This document shows positions 46,083 to 54,105 of a DNA stretch of 64,000 nucleotides, in pieces. The position numbers were made by a program, and so were the translations under genes. The stretch comes from a virus (Duplodnaviria; Caudoviricetes). Numbering within the stretch: position 1 is the stretch's first letter; every line of letters begins with the position of its first letter. Below the pieces are notes generated by a model. It had not been told where the DNA came from and made no database searches. It worked only from the letters and a program-made list of their open reading frames with translations. The stretch covers positions 1-64,000 of the IMG/VR virus record IMGVR_UViG_651324073_000003; one strand, 5' to 3'.

Positions 46083-47150
46083 ATGGGTCGTCGTCGCAAG
46101 CACAACCCTCTCGACCTGCCGGACCGGGTGTATGCCAAGCACGGGGCGTTCTACTACTTTCACCGGCCCACGGAAACGCATCCGGCCGGCCGGTGGGAGC
46201 GCCTTGGCACCGATGTGAGCCAGGCGAAGGAGCGCGCCAACCGGATCCAGCAGCAGCTGGACGAGGGGTTCGGGACCGTCGCCTACTGGCTGGACCAGTT
46301 TCTGATCTGGTGCCGGAAGCGCGTTTCCGTCGGCGACCTCGCCCAGCGAACGCTGGACGACTACACGACCGATGCGGAGGTGCTCAAGATCTTCTTCGGC
46401 CCGCTCTACCCGGCCGCCGTCGCGCCCAGCCACGTCGGCGAGTTCCTGGATACGAACCTTGAGGGTGGCCGAGGCGTGCGCGCAAACCGCGAGAAAGCCT
46501 GCCTGTCGTCGATGTTCACGTGGCTGATCCGCAAGGGGCATGCCGGCGTGACGACCAACCCATGCCGCGGCGTCCGCCGCAACCCGGAGAAGAAGCGGGA
46601 GCGCTACGTCGAGGACGTGGAAATGGCGCAGGCCCTGAAGAACGCGCCGCTGATGGTCTGGGCCCTCGCCCACCTCGTCTATCGCACGCTCCAGCGGCCC
46701 GAGGACATCATCACCTGGACCGAGCGCGATATCGTGCGCCGTCGGCTACCGGACGGCCGCGAGGTGCGTGTCATCCGGAACAACCAGGCGAAGACCGGCG
46801 CGATGGTGGACATCGAGGTCACGGCCGAGATCGATGAGATCCTGATCAACCTGAAGGCCGGTGCCGGCAAGCTGCGCGGCATGACGCTGCTGCATCGCCG
46901 CGACGGGAAGCCCTACAGCTACGACGGACTGTGCGCGATGCTGAAGCGCCGGCAGGCCGCCGCGAAGGTGGCCAGCTTCGGCTTCTACGACCTGAAGGGA
47001 AAGGGAGCCACCGATATGTGGCAAAGCGGCGTGCCGCTGGAGGTCATTCAGGTGCTGTGTGGCCACGACTCGGTGACCACGACAGAGCGCTACGTGAAGC
47101 AGCGCTGGAGGGGTGTTGTGCAGCCGAACAAGGTCAAGGCGGCCGTCTAA
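46083..47150 (+). CDS. int: Tyrosine integrase
   Basis: Catalytic R (QRP), K (AKTG), LCGH and TERY; HxxR box reads YDLK; next to att. Confidence 0.9.
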   Translation: MGRRRKHNPLDLPDRVYAKHGAFYYFHRPTETHPAGRWERLGTDVSQAKERANRIQQQLDEGFGTVAYWLDQFLIWCRKRVSVGDLAQRTLDDYTTDAEVLKIFFGPLYPAAVAPSHVGEFLDTNLEGGRGVRANREKACLSSMFTWLIRKGHAGVTTNPCRGVRRNPEKKRERYVEDVEMAQALKNAPLMVWALAHLVYRTLQRPEDIITWTERDIVRRRLPDGREVRVIRNNQAKTGAMVDIEVTAEIDEILINLKAGAGKLRGMTLLHRRDGKPYSYDGLCAMLKRRQAAAKVASFGFYDLKGKGATDMWQSGVPLEVIQVLCGHDSVTTTERYVKQRWRGVVQPNKVKAAV

Positions 47151-47266
47151 TAGAGCGCACTGGACCACGGCTGGAAGCGGGTTTCCGGGCAGCGCCAAAC
47201 CGCCGAATATTAGACCGCTGAAACGATTATTCCTTGTCCGGCGTGGCTTTCCGGGCATTCCGACGC

Positions 47267-47315
47267 CGGACTGTTAATCCGTAGGTCCCTGGTTCGAGCC
47301 CAGGTCGGGGAGCCA
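47267..47315 (+). other. att core: 3' half of tRNA-Asn(GTT)
   Basis: CGGA-CTGTTAA-TCCG, T-arm GGTTCGAGCC, GGGGAGCCA end; 5' half absent. Confidence 0.85.
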
Positions 47316-47324
47316 AGACACAAG

Positions 47325-47351
47325 AAGGCCCGCAGCGATGCGGGCCTTTTT
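47325..47351 (+). terminator. tRNA terminator
   Basis: AAGGCCCGCA-GCGA-TGCGGGCCTT-TTT. Confidence 0.85.
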
Positions 47352-47397
47352 CATTTGTATCGTCTCCAGGGCGAACAATAAGCATCCGTCTGGTAAC

Positions 47398-47444
47398 TGT
47401 AACCGCGCGAGCGATTTGGCACTGATTTGCGCGCATATTGGCAC
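47398..47444 (+). repeat. Putative Mu-type end: TG followed by two tandem 22-bp sites
   Basis: TGT then 47401-47422 and 47423-47444 sharing GCG.GC...TTGGCAC. Confidence 0.5.
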
Positions 47445-47452
47445 AGCTGCGA

Positions 47453-47779
47453 TTACCCCTTCCGCTCGCGCCGCGCTCGTAACGCCGCCTGTTCTTCTGG
47501 CGTCGGTGGGCGGACGGGCTTGGTGCTCATATCCGACGCCCGTTTGATCACCCGATCAATCACCGCGATTCGCGGGTCTTCCGGTGGCAGACCATCGCGC
47601 AGCCACACCAGCGTCGCGAACATCGTCGGCGAACTAGCGAGAAGCAGCCCGACGTCCTCCGGCATGTGACTGGCGACACGCCGACCTTCTGCATCAACAA
47701 TCGCGTTCCCGTACCCACCGGTGGTTTCGTAGTAGAACGGCGCTCGCTTACTCCAGTGCCACTCCCATTTGCTTGCCAC
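47453..47779 (-). CDS. LexA-boxed hypothetical protein (108 aa), homologue of 33823-34089
   Basis: GGAGG SD plus GTG; shared motifs with 33823-34089. Confidence 0.75.
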   Translation of the reverse strand: MASKWEWHWSKRAPFYYETTGGYGNAIVDAEGRRVASHMPEDVGLLLASSPTMFATLVWLRDGLPPEDPRIAVIDRVIKRASDMSTKPVRPPTPEEQAALRARRERKG

Positions 47780-47805
47780 GATTCAGCCTCCGAAGAAGGC
47801 TGTTA

Positions 47806-47834
47806 ACTGTATTTTTATACAGCATTCGTTGCAA
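47806..47834 (-). promoter_or_regulatory. SOS promoter: LexA box (47807-47822) within TTGCAA-17-TACAGT
   Basis: CTGT-ATTTTTAT-ACAG is an exact CTGT-N8-ACAG. Confidence 0.85.
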
Positions 47835-47840
47835 GGCCTG

Positions 47841-48515
47841 TCACCACCGGATTGCCGCTATTGCCTCTGCCGTTGTAGCTGCGAGCACCGCATTCTTGAG
47901 CGCCCGAGCCTTGAATATCTGGGTCGACTCGTGCAAACCTGCAGCGGCCCCGAGGCCGGCCAGACCGGCGGCATCCAGCACCACAGTATCGTTGTCGAAG
48001 GTGATCCATTCGGTCTGATAACTGGGGTTGAGCATGCTGAGCGTAACGGCACCGCTGATGCGCTGAATCGACTTTGCATCCGAGTCGAATCGCGTGCCCT
48101 GGTACTCGAAGCCGCCCAGAATCGCCTGATCACGGGCCGCGTCAATCTCGGCCAGTTTCGCGGCGCGCATATCGTCGATCTGAGGGTGCCAAGCGCCTTC
48201 TGACCAGGCGTAATGCGGCCCTGGGGGCTGATCCAGTGAAACGACAGGCGCCGTAACAGGACCTACCGCCACAATCTCAACCGGGGTGCCGTCTGCGAGG
48301 TAACCGATCTGTCCGCGGTGATCCTCAACGTGCAGCCATTCCCCGTCATCGAAGCCGACACGAACGACGGCATAGCCAGGCGCGGGAATCGGCGGTTCCT
48401 CGAACACCGAGAACGCGGGCGCGCGCCAGACCTCGGGTTCAAACGGGTCAGGGGTGGCATCGATCTCGCCGATGTAGAGGTGCGGAGGAGTGCGGTCGTA
48501 CTCATAAGCCTTCAT
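47841..48515 (-). CDS. Tail fibre assembly protein (DUF4376-like)
   Basis: W..VEDHRG, GFEY.G.RFDSD..SIQRI, WIT.DN..V.LDA. Confidence 0.85.
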   Translation of the reverse strand: MKAYEYDRTPPHLYIGEIDATPDPFEPEVWRAPAFSVFEEPPIPAPGYAVVRVGFDDGEWLHVEDHRGQIGYLADGTPVEIVAVGPVTAPVVSLDQPPGPHYAWSEGAWHPQIDDMRAAKLAEIDAARDQAILGGFEYQGTRFDSDAKSIQRISGAVTLSMLNPSYQTEWITFDNDTVVLDAAGLAGLGAAAGLHESTQIFKARALKNAVLAATTAEAIAAIRW

Positions 48516-48524
48516 GTGGCGCTC

Positions 48525-49256
48525 CTAGAGCTTGATGCAGGGCAGCGACAGCACGTGCCGGGGAAATCCTTCAACCCCGCCGCTGCTCGCCGTAACATCG
48601 GTGTAAGGCGCCGAGTACTCGGAACCGCCCAGTCGGTAATTGGAGTTATTCCCGTTGCCCGTGCCATTGGTCGCGATGTTGTGGGTGTGAGCCTTGTTCT
48701 GGCTGTCACCATAGGCACCCAGCAGCACCGCCGTGTCACTCTCGTACGTGCCACTCCCATCGTGATATCCGCGATCAAAGAGTCCTCGGCCTTCAGGGAT
48801 GCGAAACGTAGTTGCGCCGTCTCCGGTCGAGAATGATCCGGGCCGCCCCGCTAACCAGGCCGCGTCGGAGACAAGGTTTCCGCTGGCCTGCGCGTACGCC
48901 CACAGGTTTGCCCAGCCACCTGTCCGCGGTACGAGGATGCCGTTTCGCTTCGCCCAGCCCGGAGGCGGGACCGTGCCAGGAAACGAGACCATTGTCCCGG
49001 TGGGCACCGTGCCGGCAGCAACGAGCGACTGGATTGCCGTGAGCAGTTGATCAAAGGACGCCGCAGAAGGTGTCAGGCCGGCCGCGAGCACGACCGAAAT
49101 CAACTCCTCCTGAACCATGTTGAACCATTCGTAACCGGGAATGGTGGCCGGCGTACCGGTACCGGGGTTACCTCCAGTGAAGAAGCCAGGTGAGCCGGCG
49201 CCGGCGGGCGGAGCGGGCAGGACGGCCACGGCCGTCGATCGGGTCACACGTTGCAT
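48525..49256 (-). CDS. Tail fibre protein with collar domain
   Basis: WFNMVQEEL, GDGATTFRIP..RGLF.RG. Confidence 0.88.
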   Translation of the reverse strand: MQRVTRSTAVAVLPAPPAGAGSPGFFTGGNPGTGTPATIPGYEWFNMVQEELISVVLAAGLTPSAASFDQLLTAIQSLVAAGTVPTGTMVSFPGTVPPPGWAKRNGILVPRTGGWANLWAYAQASGNLVSDAAWLAGRPGSFSTGDGATTFRIPEGRGLFDRGYHDGSGTYESDTAVLLGAYGDSQNKAHTHNIATNGTGNGNNSNYRLGGSEYSAPYTDVTASSGGVEGFPRHVLSLPCIKL

Positions 49257-49264
49257 CGTGGCTC

Positions 49265-49822
49265 CTAGGTGTAGCTGAAGATTAGTACGCCGTGCGCCGG
49301 TGCGTAGCGGATCAGGCCGCATTCGAGGCGGGCGTTACCCCACACCCGCAGGGGCATCTCGGCGTCGTCTTCGGTGGTGAAGTCGCGGATGGTTTCGAGG
49401 GTGCTGTTCACCTGCCAGGCGAGGCGCCAGATGTCATCGAGCACCGCGGCTTCGCAGCTGTCTTCGCAGGTGTGCACCTCGAACTCGGTCACGGTGACCG
49501 TGTAGCCCATACGGGCCGCGAGCTGGACGAAGTACGCCGGCGTGGCACCGCCCTGCGCAGTGATGCGCTGCACGACCTGGCCGCGGCGTTCGGCGAAGCT
49601 CTGGCCAGCGCCGAGGCAGGTGTCCGGCAGTCCGGTGACGCGTTCCCAGTCAGGAAGGAACGCGGCCGTCGTGCGCGGGTCGGCCTCGGTGAGAAGCAGG
49701 CCAGCCCAGCCCTGCGCTGCATCGAGCACGCGCGCCTCGGCATCCAGTTCGGCCGCCAGGCGCTCGCCGGTGAGGTCGTACGGCGCCGGCATGAGCAGGC
49801 GCAGCAGTTCCGCATGCGTCAT
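49265..49822 (-). CDS. Mu gp48/YmfQ (DUF2313) baseplate protein
   Basis: LPDWERV.GLPD.C, YFVQLA..MGY, WGN..LEC. Confidence 0.88.
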   Translation of the reverse strand: MTHAELLRLLMPAPYDLTGERLAAELDAEARVLDAAQGWAGLLLTEADPRTTAAFLPDWERVTGLPDTCLGAGQSFAERRGQVVQRITAQGGATPAYFVQLAARMGYTVTVTEFEVHTCEDSCEAAVLDDIWRLAWQVNSTLETIRDFTTEDDAEMPLRVWGNARLECGLIRYAPAHGVLIFSYT

Positions 49823-50877
49823 GTGATGGTCACCGTGCCGAGCGTCGGGATCTCAACCGCCGTGTCGTCGGCTGTCGTCGTGACGTTCGCTGCCGGCGCC
49901 GATAGCACGAAGTCGACCACGCCCGCCGTGTCAGCGATCAGCGCGGCGATGCGGTTGCGAATGACGGTGCCACCCGGCGGCAGCGCGGCGAAGTACTCGG
50001 CCAGCGCCTGGGTGATCTGCGCGGTTGCGGTGGCCAGCGTGGTACCCGACAGCGTGAGCGCCGCGGTCACCGCAACCGGCTCCGCCGTCGGTGCAACCAC
50101 CAGGCAGTCAGCGGTCACCGGGCGGCGCGCCTCGATGTAGGCTTGGACGTCACCGACCAGCGAAGGGCTTGGCAGGCCACCGACGGCCATGATGGCGACG
50201 TCGACCGAGCCGATGCCACGGCGCAGCGGCAGCACCCAGGCGCCCGCCACGCCGGGCACTTCGAGCGCCCACGCTTGATAGTCGTGGGCAGCACCCCCGT
50301 GAGGCGGGCTCTGGATACGGCGCAGCAGGCGGGCCAGTAGCGCGGCGTCGGCCTCAACGTCAGCGCCCCCGGTCAGGTCGGCTACCAGGAATGCGGCGGC
50401 CTGCACACCGGCAGGCGGCGCGGCGAGCGTCAGCGACACCGCGCCCGAAAGATTGCCGGCCGCGCCTGCGTCGGCCGCCTCGATCGGCAGATCCACCGTG
50501 CCGCCACCGCCCACGGTTCCGCCAGCGGTCACCGTGTAGAGCGTGCCGGCAGCCGTCTGCACCTCGGCGCCGGCGGCGATCACGCTGCCGACCGTGCCGC
50601 TGATGCGCAGCGTGCCGGTGGCGGCCGACGCCGGCAGGCGCTGCAGACCGAACAGCGTGGCCCAGCGCTCCAGGTATTCGGTATCCGCCGTGTCCGGCAG
50701 GATCTGGCGGGCGATCCACGCCTGGTGTTGATACAGGCCCGTGATCGCGCTGGCCACAGCACAGGCGCGCACGTACCAGTCCGAGTCGACCGACACGTCG
50801 GCCGCCGGCAACTGGTTACGGATGTCGCGCAGCAGCGCGTCGCGCACATCCTCGAAGTTGGGCAGCGCGATGGCCAT
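49819..50877 (-). CDS. Baseplate J / Mu gp47
   Basis: ILPDTAD.EYLE, PPHGGA.HDY..WALEVPGV. Confidence 0.92.
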   Translation of the reverse strand: MAIALPNFEDVRDALLRDIRNQLPAADVSVDSDWYVRACAVASAITGLYQHQAWIARQILPDTADTEYLERWATLFGLQRLPASAATGTLRISGTVGSVIAAGAEVQTAAGTLYTVTAGGTVGGGGTVDLPIEAADAGAAGNLSGAVSLTLAAPPAGVQAAAFLVADLTGGADVEADAALLARLLRRIQSPPHGGAAHDYQAWALEVPGVAGAWVLPLRRGIGSVDVAIMAVGGLPSPSLVGDVQAYIEARRPVTADCLVVAPTAEPVAVTAALTLSGTTLATATAQITQALAEYFAALPPGGTVIRNRIAALIADTAGVVDFVLSAPAANVTTTADDTAVEIPTLGTVTIT

Positions 50878-51224
50878 CAGTGCAGCACCTGGGTGAAGGG
50901 GTAGGACCAGGCGCGACCGGTGCCGTCGATCACCGTGACATTGAGATCGAGCCGGCCAGCGTTGAGCGTGGCCGTAGCGGCCACCGACTGCGCGCGACCG
51001 CTGCTGACCAGATCGGCCAGTGCCTGCCGGGCGTACTGCTCGGCGAGCGAAGCCACGCGCGGCAAGGACTTCTGCCGCTGCAGCTCATGCAGTCGCGACC
51101 CCACATCAGGCCGCGCCCACCAGCTGCCGAGCGGCGTCATGATGCGCAGCCACACCGCATTGCCGAGATGGCCGATGCGGGTGCCGTCGTACTGGCCGGT
51201 AGCGGGATCGATGCGGGGTTGCAT
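50877..51224 (-). CDS. Mu gp46 baseplate protein
   Basis: LGSWWA.P.VGSRL..L.R.K, AEQYA.QAL. Confidence 0.88.
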   Translation of the reverse strand: MQPRIDPATGQYDGTRIGHLGNAVWLRIMTPLGSWWARPDVGSRLHELQRQKSLPRVASLAEQYARQALADLVSSGRAQSVAATATLNAGRLDLNVTVIDGTGRAWSYPFTQVLH

Positions 51225-51232
51225 GGGGCGGG

Positions 51233-51276
51233 ACGTTACGCGCGCGCGCGTGGCCGTAGCCCCTTGAACACGTTCA
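51233..51276 (-). promoter_or_regulatory. Putative activator-dependent late promoter, copy 1
   Basis: TGAAC-N2-GTTCA, 14 nt, (CG)6, TAACGT; same layout at 59827-59870. Confidence 0.6.
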
Positions 51277-51297
51277 GGGGGTGTGCGAGGCCCGACC

Positions 51298-51861
51298 TCA
51301 TACGGTCGAATCCGGCCCGTTCGTTACCGAGCCGGTTTCGGTGTGCTTGTGGCCGTTGTAGGCCGCAAGGAGGGCGTTGAGGCTGTAAGGTGTCGATGCG
51401 CTGCGTACCTGCACGTCGTGGCTCACTTTCACGATCGGCGCGGTCAGCTGAATCTCGCTATCCGCCGTGACTTCCAGCTTGTCGCACTTGATGCCCACGA
51501 TGCGACCGGCCTTCAGGTGCACGCTGCAGTCGGGCTCGGTCAGGTGATACAGCGCCACCTCGCCGGGCGCGACCTGGACGCGATAGGCGCCGTGCTCGCT
51601 GGCGATGACCACCGACTGGGCGGTCTTGCCGCCGATCGGCAGCAGGATGACCGGTGTGCCCGGCGGCAGGCCGCTCGCCAGCCCGGCCTGCTGCATGATT
51701 TCGATGTCGGCCAGGCGCTCGTCGGCGAGGCCTTCGGCGCGCGCCAGCATGGGGCCGCCGTTCGTCCGGTGGCGGTAGCTGCTCAGCACGCCGCGAAATG
51801 CCTGACGGGTCGATGCCAGCGCGCGGCCGATCTCGCGGCGGATCAGATCAACGGGCTGCAT
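51298..51861 (-). CDS. Baseplate spike / Mu gp45
   Basis: GLASGLP.G...I.LPIGG, GEVALY. Confidence 0.88.
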   Translation of the reverse strand: MQPVDLIRREIGRALASTRQAFRGVLSSYRHRTNGGPMLARAEGLADERLADIEIMQQAGLASGLPPGTPVILLPIGGKTAQSVVIASEHGAYRVQVAPGEVALYHLTEPDCSVHLKAGRIVGIKCDKLEVTADSEIQLTAPIVKVSHDVQVRSASTPYSLNALLAAYNGHKHTETGSVTNGPDSTV

Positions 51862-52030
51862 TCGGTCTCGCCTCCTTCACTTCCCGCCAGCTGTCATTGC
51901 CGCACTGCGGGCAGACCCACACGAAACGTCCCGGACGACTGCCGGACTCCGCGTAACGACGTCGGGAGCGACGATGCACCAGGCCGCAGCCGGCACACTT
52001 CACCAGCAGGTTCTGGTCGGGCAGGGTCAT
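51848..52030 (-). CDS. Small zinc-ribbon protein (60 aa)
   Basis: CAGC...CPQCG; ATGA-coupled to gp44. Confidence 0.55.
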   Translation of the reverse strand: MTLPDQNLLVKCAGCGLVHRRSRRRYAESGSRPGRFVWVCPQCGNDSWREVKEARPNAAR

Positions 52031-53163
52031 CGGGCGGCTTCCGGCTGGCCCGAGATATCGAGCACCACGCCCGGCCCGGCGTTGCGGCCGCGACGGTGGC
52101 GGCGCTTGTGCGGGTGGGCATTCACGATCCACACGCCATCTTCCTTCAGCGTCAGCTCGGTAATCGTGGGCTGGCCACGGCCGCCGCGGAGGGTGCGCGC
52201 CATCAGGAAGTAGATGCCTTCCAGGCCGTACGGCCGGCTGCGCACCGCCACACGCTGACCGGGCCGCCAGGGCAGCCCATGCGCCGCTGAGCCCGGCGCG
52301 TTGATGCGGTGCCCGGGCACGAAGGCCTTCAGTTCCCAGCGCGCCAGGCGCGAGTCGAGGGTGAGCTTGCGTGCGCGCTCGCGTGCGTGCGCAGGGGTAT
52401 CCGACTCGTGGTCGACCACGATGCGAGGCCGGTAGCCGCGCACGCTGGGGTCGGTGTAGGTGGCCTTCACGCCGGCGCGCGCGACGCGAAGCTCACCGCC
52501 GCCGTGGGTCTGGGCCAGCACGGTCACTTCGCTGTGCGACAGCGCCAGGCTATCGACCAGTTCGAGGTCCAGCGCGTTGTTGCGGGCGCCGTCGAGCTCG
52601 TGCACCAGCGTGGCCACCGGTGCGGCGGTGTAGTCCGGGCCGCCGACCACCAGCGTGCCGTCCGGTTCGAACCACGGCCACAGACCGTTTGCCTCGGCAG
52701 CATGCGCGAGCGCGTCCCAAGCCGTGTCGCCGGGCTCCACGCTCACCTTCTCGCGGCGCAGCGCGTTGTCGGCATCGATGCGGATCTTCGTGACACCCAG
52801 CGGCTTCACAATCTTCGCCACCACCTGGTCGAGCGTGAGGTTCTGGCTGGTGAAGACCGGGGCCGAGCAGTCCAGCAGCAGGCCGGAGTTGTCGCGGCCG
52901 TCGATGGTGAGCTGCACTTCGCCCTTGCGGGTGCGCAGGCGCACCGTATCGACCCGGCCGACCATGAGCGGGTCATCGCCGAGGCGCAGTTCGCACGGCT
53001 CACCGGAGCGCACGGCCGCCGGAATGCTGCGGGCGTCGTCCAGCGCCAGCGAAACCGACCAGGCGTCCGCCGGCATGAGCAGGTCGCCGTCGACCTCGTA
53101 GCGGAGCCAGTCGGCGTGCGCGAGGCCGGCCAAGAGTAGGTTCACCCGTTCGACCGATGCCAT
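52027..53163 (-). CDS. Baseplate hub / Mu gp44 (P-like)
   Basis: LLDCSAP, VEPGDTAWDAL, WPWFEPDGTLVVGGPDY. Confidence 0.9.
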   Translation of the reverse strand: MASVERVNLLLAGLAHADWLRYEVDGDLLMPADAWSVSLALDDARSIPAAVRSGEPCELRLGDDPLMVGRVDTVRLRTRKGEVQLTIDGRDNSGLLLDCSAPVFTSQNLTLDQVVAKIVKPLGVTKIRIDADNALRREKVSVEPGDTAWDALAHAAEANGLWPWFEPDGTLVVGGPDYTAAPVATLVHELDGARNNALDLELVDSLALSHSEVTVLAQTHGGGELRVARAGVKATYTDPSVRGYRPRIVVDHESDTPAHARERARKLTLDSRLARWELKAFVPGHRINAPGSAAHGLPWRPGQRVAVRSRPYGLEGIYFLMARTLRGGRGQPTITELTLKEDGVWIVNAHPHKRRHRRGRNAGPGVVLDISGQPEAAR

Positions 53164-53223
53164 CAGAACCTCGTTTTCCGCGCTCTAGAATCCAGCATCA
53201 CAAGAATCTCTAGGGATGAGGCG

Positions 53224-54105
53224 ATGAGGCAGGAAATGCGCGACCGCTCGGAATCCGGCGTGTGGTTCTGGACGCTGCTGGCGTTTGGCTTCGTTGCGGC
53301 AACGTGGTGTGCGACCTGGTACTTCCTGAGGAATCAGGAGCAAAGAGGCACTTTTGGAGATATGTTCGGCGGGACCAACGCGCTTTTCACCGGACTTGCA
53401 TTCGTCGGTGTCATCGCCACGATCCTGCTGCAAAGGCTTGACCTGAAAAGGCAAGCTCAGGAACTTCAGGAGACGCGCGAGGAGTTTCGCGGGCAGCGCA
53501 AACAGCTGGAGCTTCAGAGCGCAACGTTCTTGCTGCAGAGGTTCGAGGGCACCTTCTTTCAGCTGTTCAACCTTTATGTGACGATCGCCGACGCAACCCT
53601 TAGACGCGAGCCGACAGCGCGCAAGGGCAACCTGATGGAACTCACCAGGATGCGGATGAATAGCGAGATCCTGGCCGAGATGAGCGCGCACGAAACTTTC
53701 GAGGACTGCGTTTCTGCAGCCTACCGAACAGTGCTCAATGACCGTACATTTGCCTTTCTTCCAAGGTACTACCGGGCCCTCTACAGCGTGCTCAGCTACG
53801 TGGATCGCAGCCAGGTCGACGATCCGAGGTTCTACGCCAACCTCATCCGCTCCGAGTTCACCGAGGACGAGTGTGTGCTGCTCGCGTATATCGGACTGAC
53901 CGATATCGGCAGAGCAAAACTGAAGCCGCTGATCGAGAGGTACAAGCTGCTCAAGCATGTGCCCAGCCAGTTTCTTTTCGATCACCAACCACTGTTCAAG
54001 GCGTATCACCGGAGCGCCTTTCGTAACGACCTGCCACCTATTTTGAGTAAGCATTCAACCGGCACCCTTCTCGAAGAATGGGCTGCTTCGCAGCAGAAGG
54101 GTTAA
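53224..54105 (+). CDS. Putative abortive infection protein (putAbiC-like) moron
   Basis: N-terminal TMs with GTFGDMFGG, FE.TFFQL, Y...Y..L..VD, Y.NL.RS, LIERY.LLKH; antisense, lower GC. Confidence 0.75.
   Translation: MRQEMRDRSESGVWFWTLLAFGFVAATWCATWYFLRNQEQRGTFGDMFGGTNALFTGLAFVGVIATILLQRLDLKRQAQELQETREEFRGQRKQLELQSATFLLQRFEGTFFQLFNLYVTIADATLRREPTARKGNLMELTRMRMNSEILAEMSAHETFEDCVSAAYRTVLNDRTFAFLPRYYRALYSVLSYVDRSQVDDPRFYANLIRSEFTEDECVLLAYIGLTDIGRAKLKPLIERYKLLKHVPSQFLFDHQPLFKAYHRSAFRNDLPPILSKHSTGTLLEEWAASQQKG

Larger units (their letters stand above)
1..47315. mobile_element. Lambdoid (siphovirus-like) prophage integrated at tRNA-Asn; left end outside window
   Basis: Contiguous lysis-tail-head-terminase-Q-replication-cro/cI-PL-int gene order ending in a tRNA-Asn 3' half. 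Confidence 0.93.

Noticed and set aside
47231-47315. Intact tRNA-Asn gene
   Set aside because: Only the anticodon arm to CCA is present; upstream TCCTTGT pairs weakly at the wrong spacing and there is no D-arm
47841-49256. Invertible tail-fibre segment or DGR
   Set aside because: No invertase, second fibre, reverse transcriptase or TR/VR repeat seen in the window
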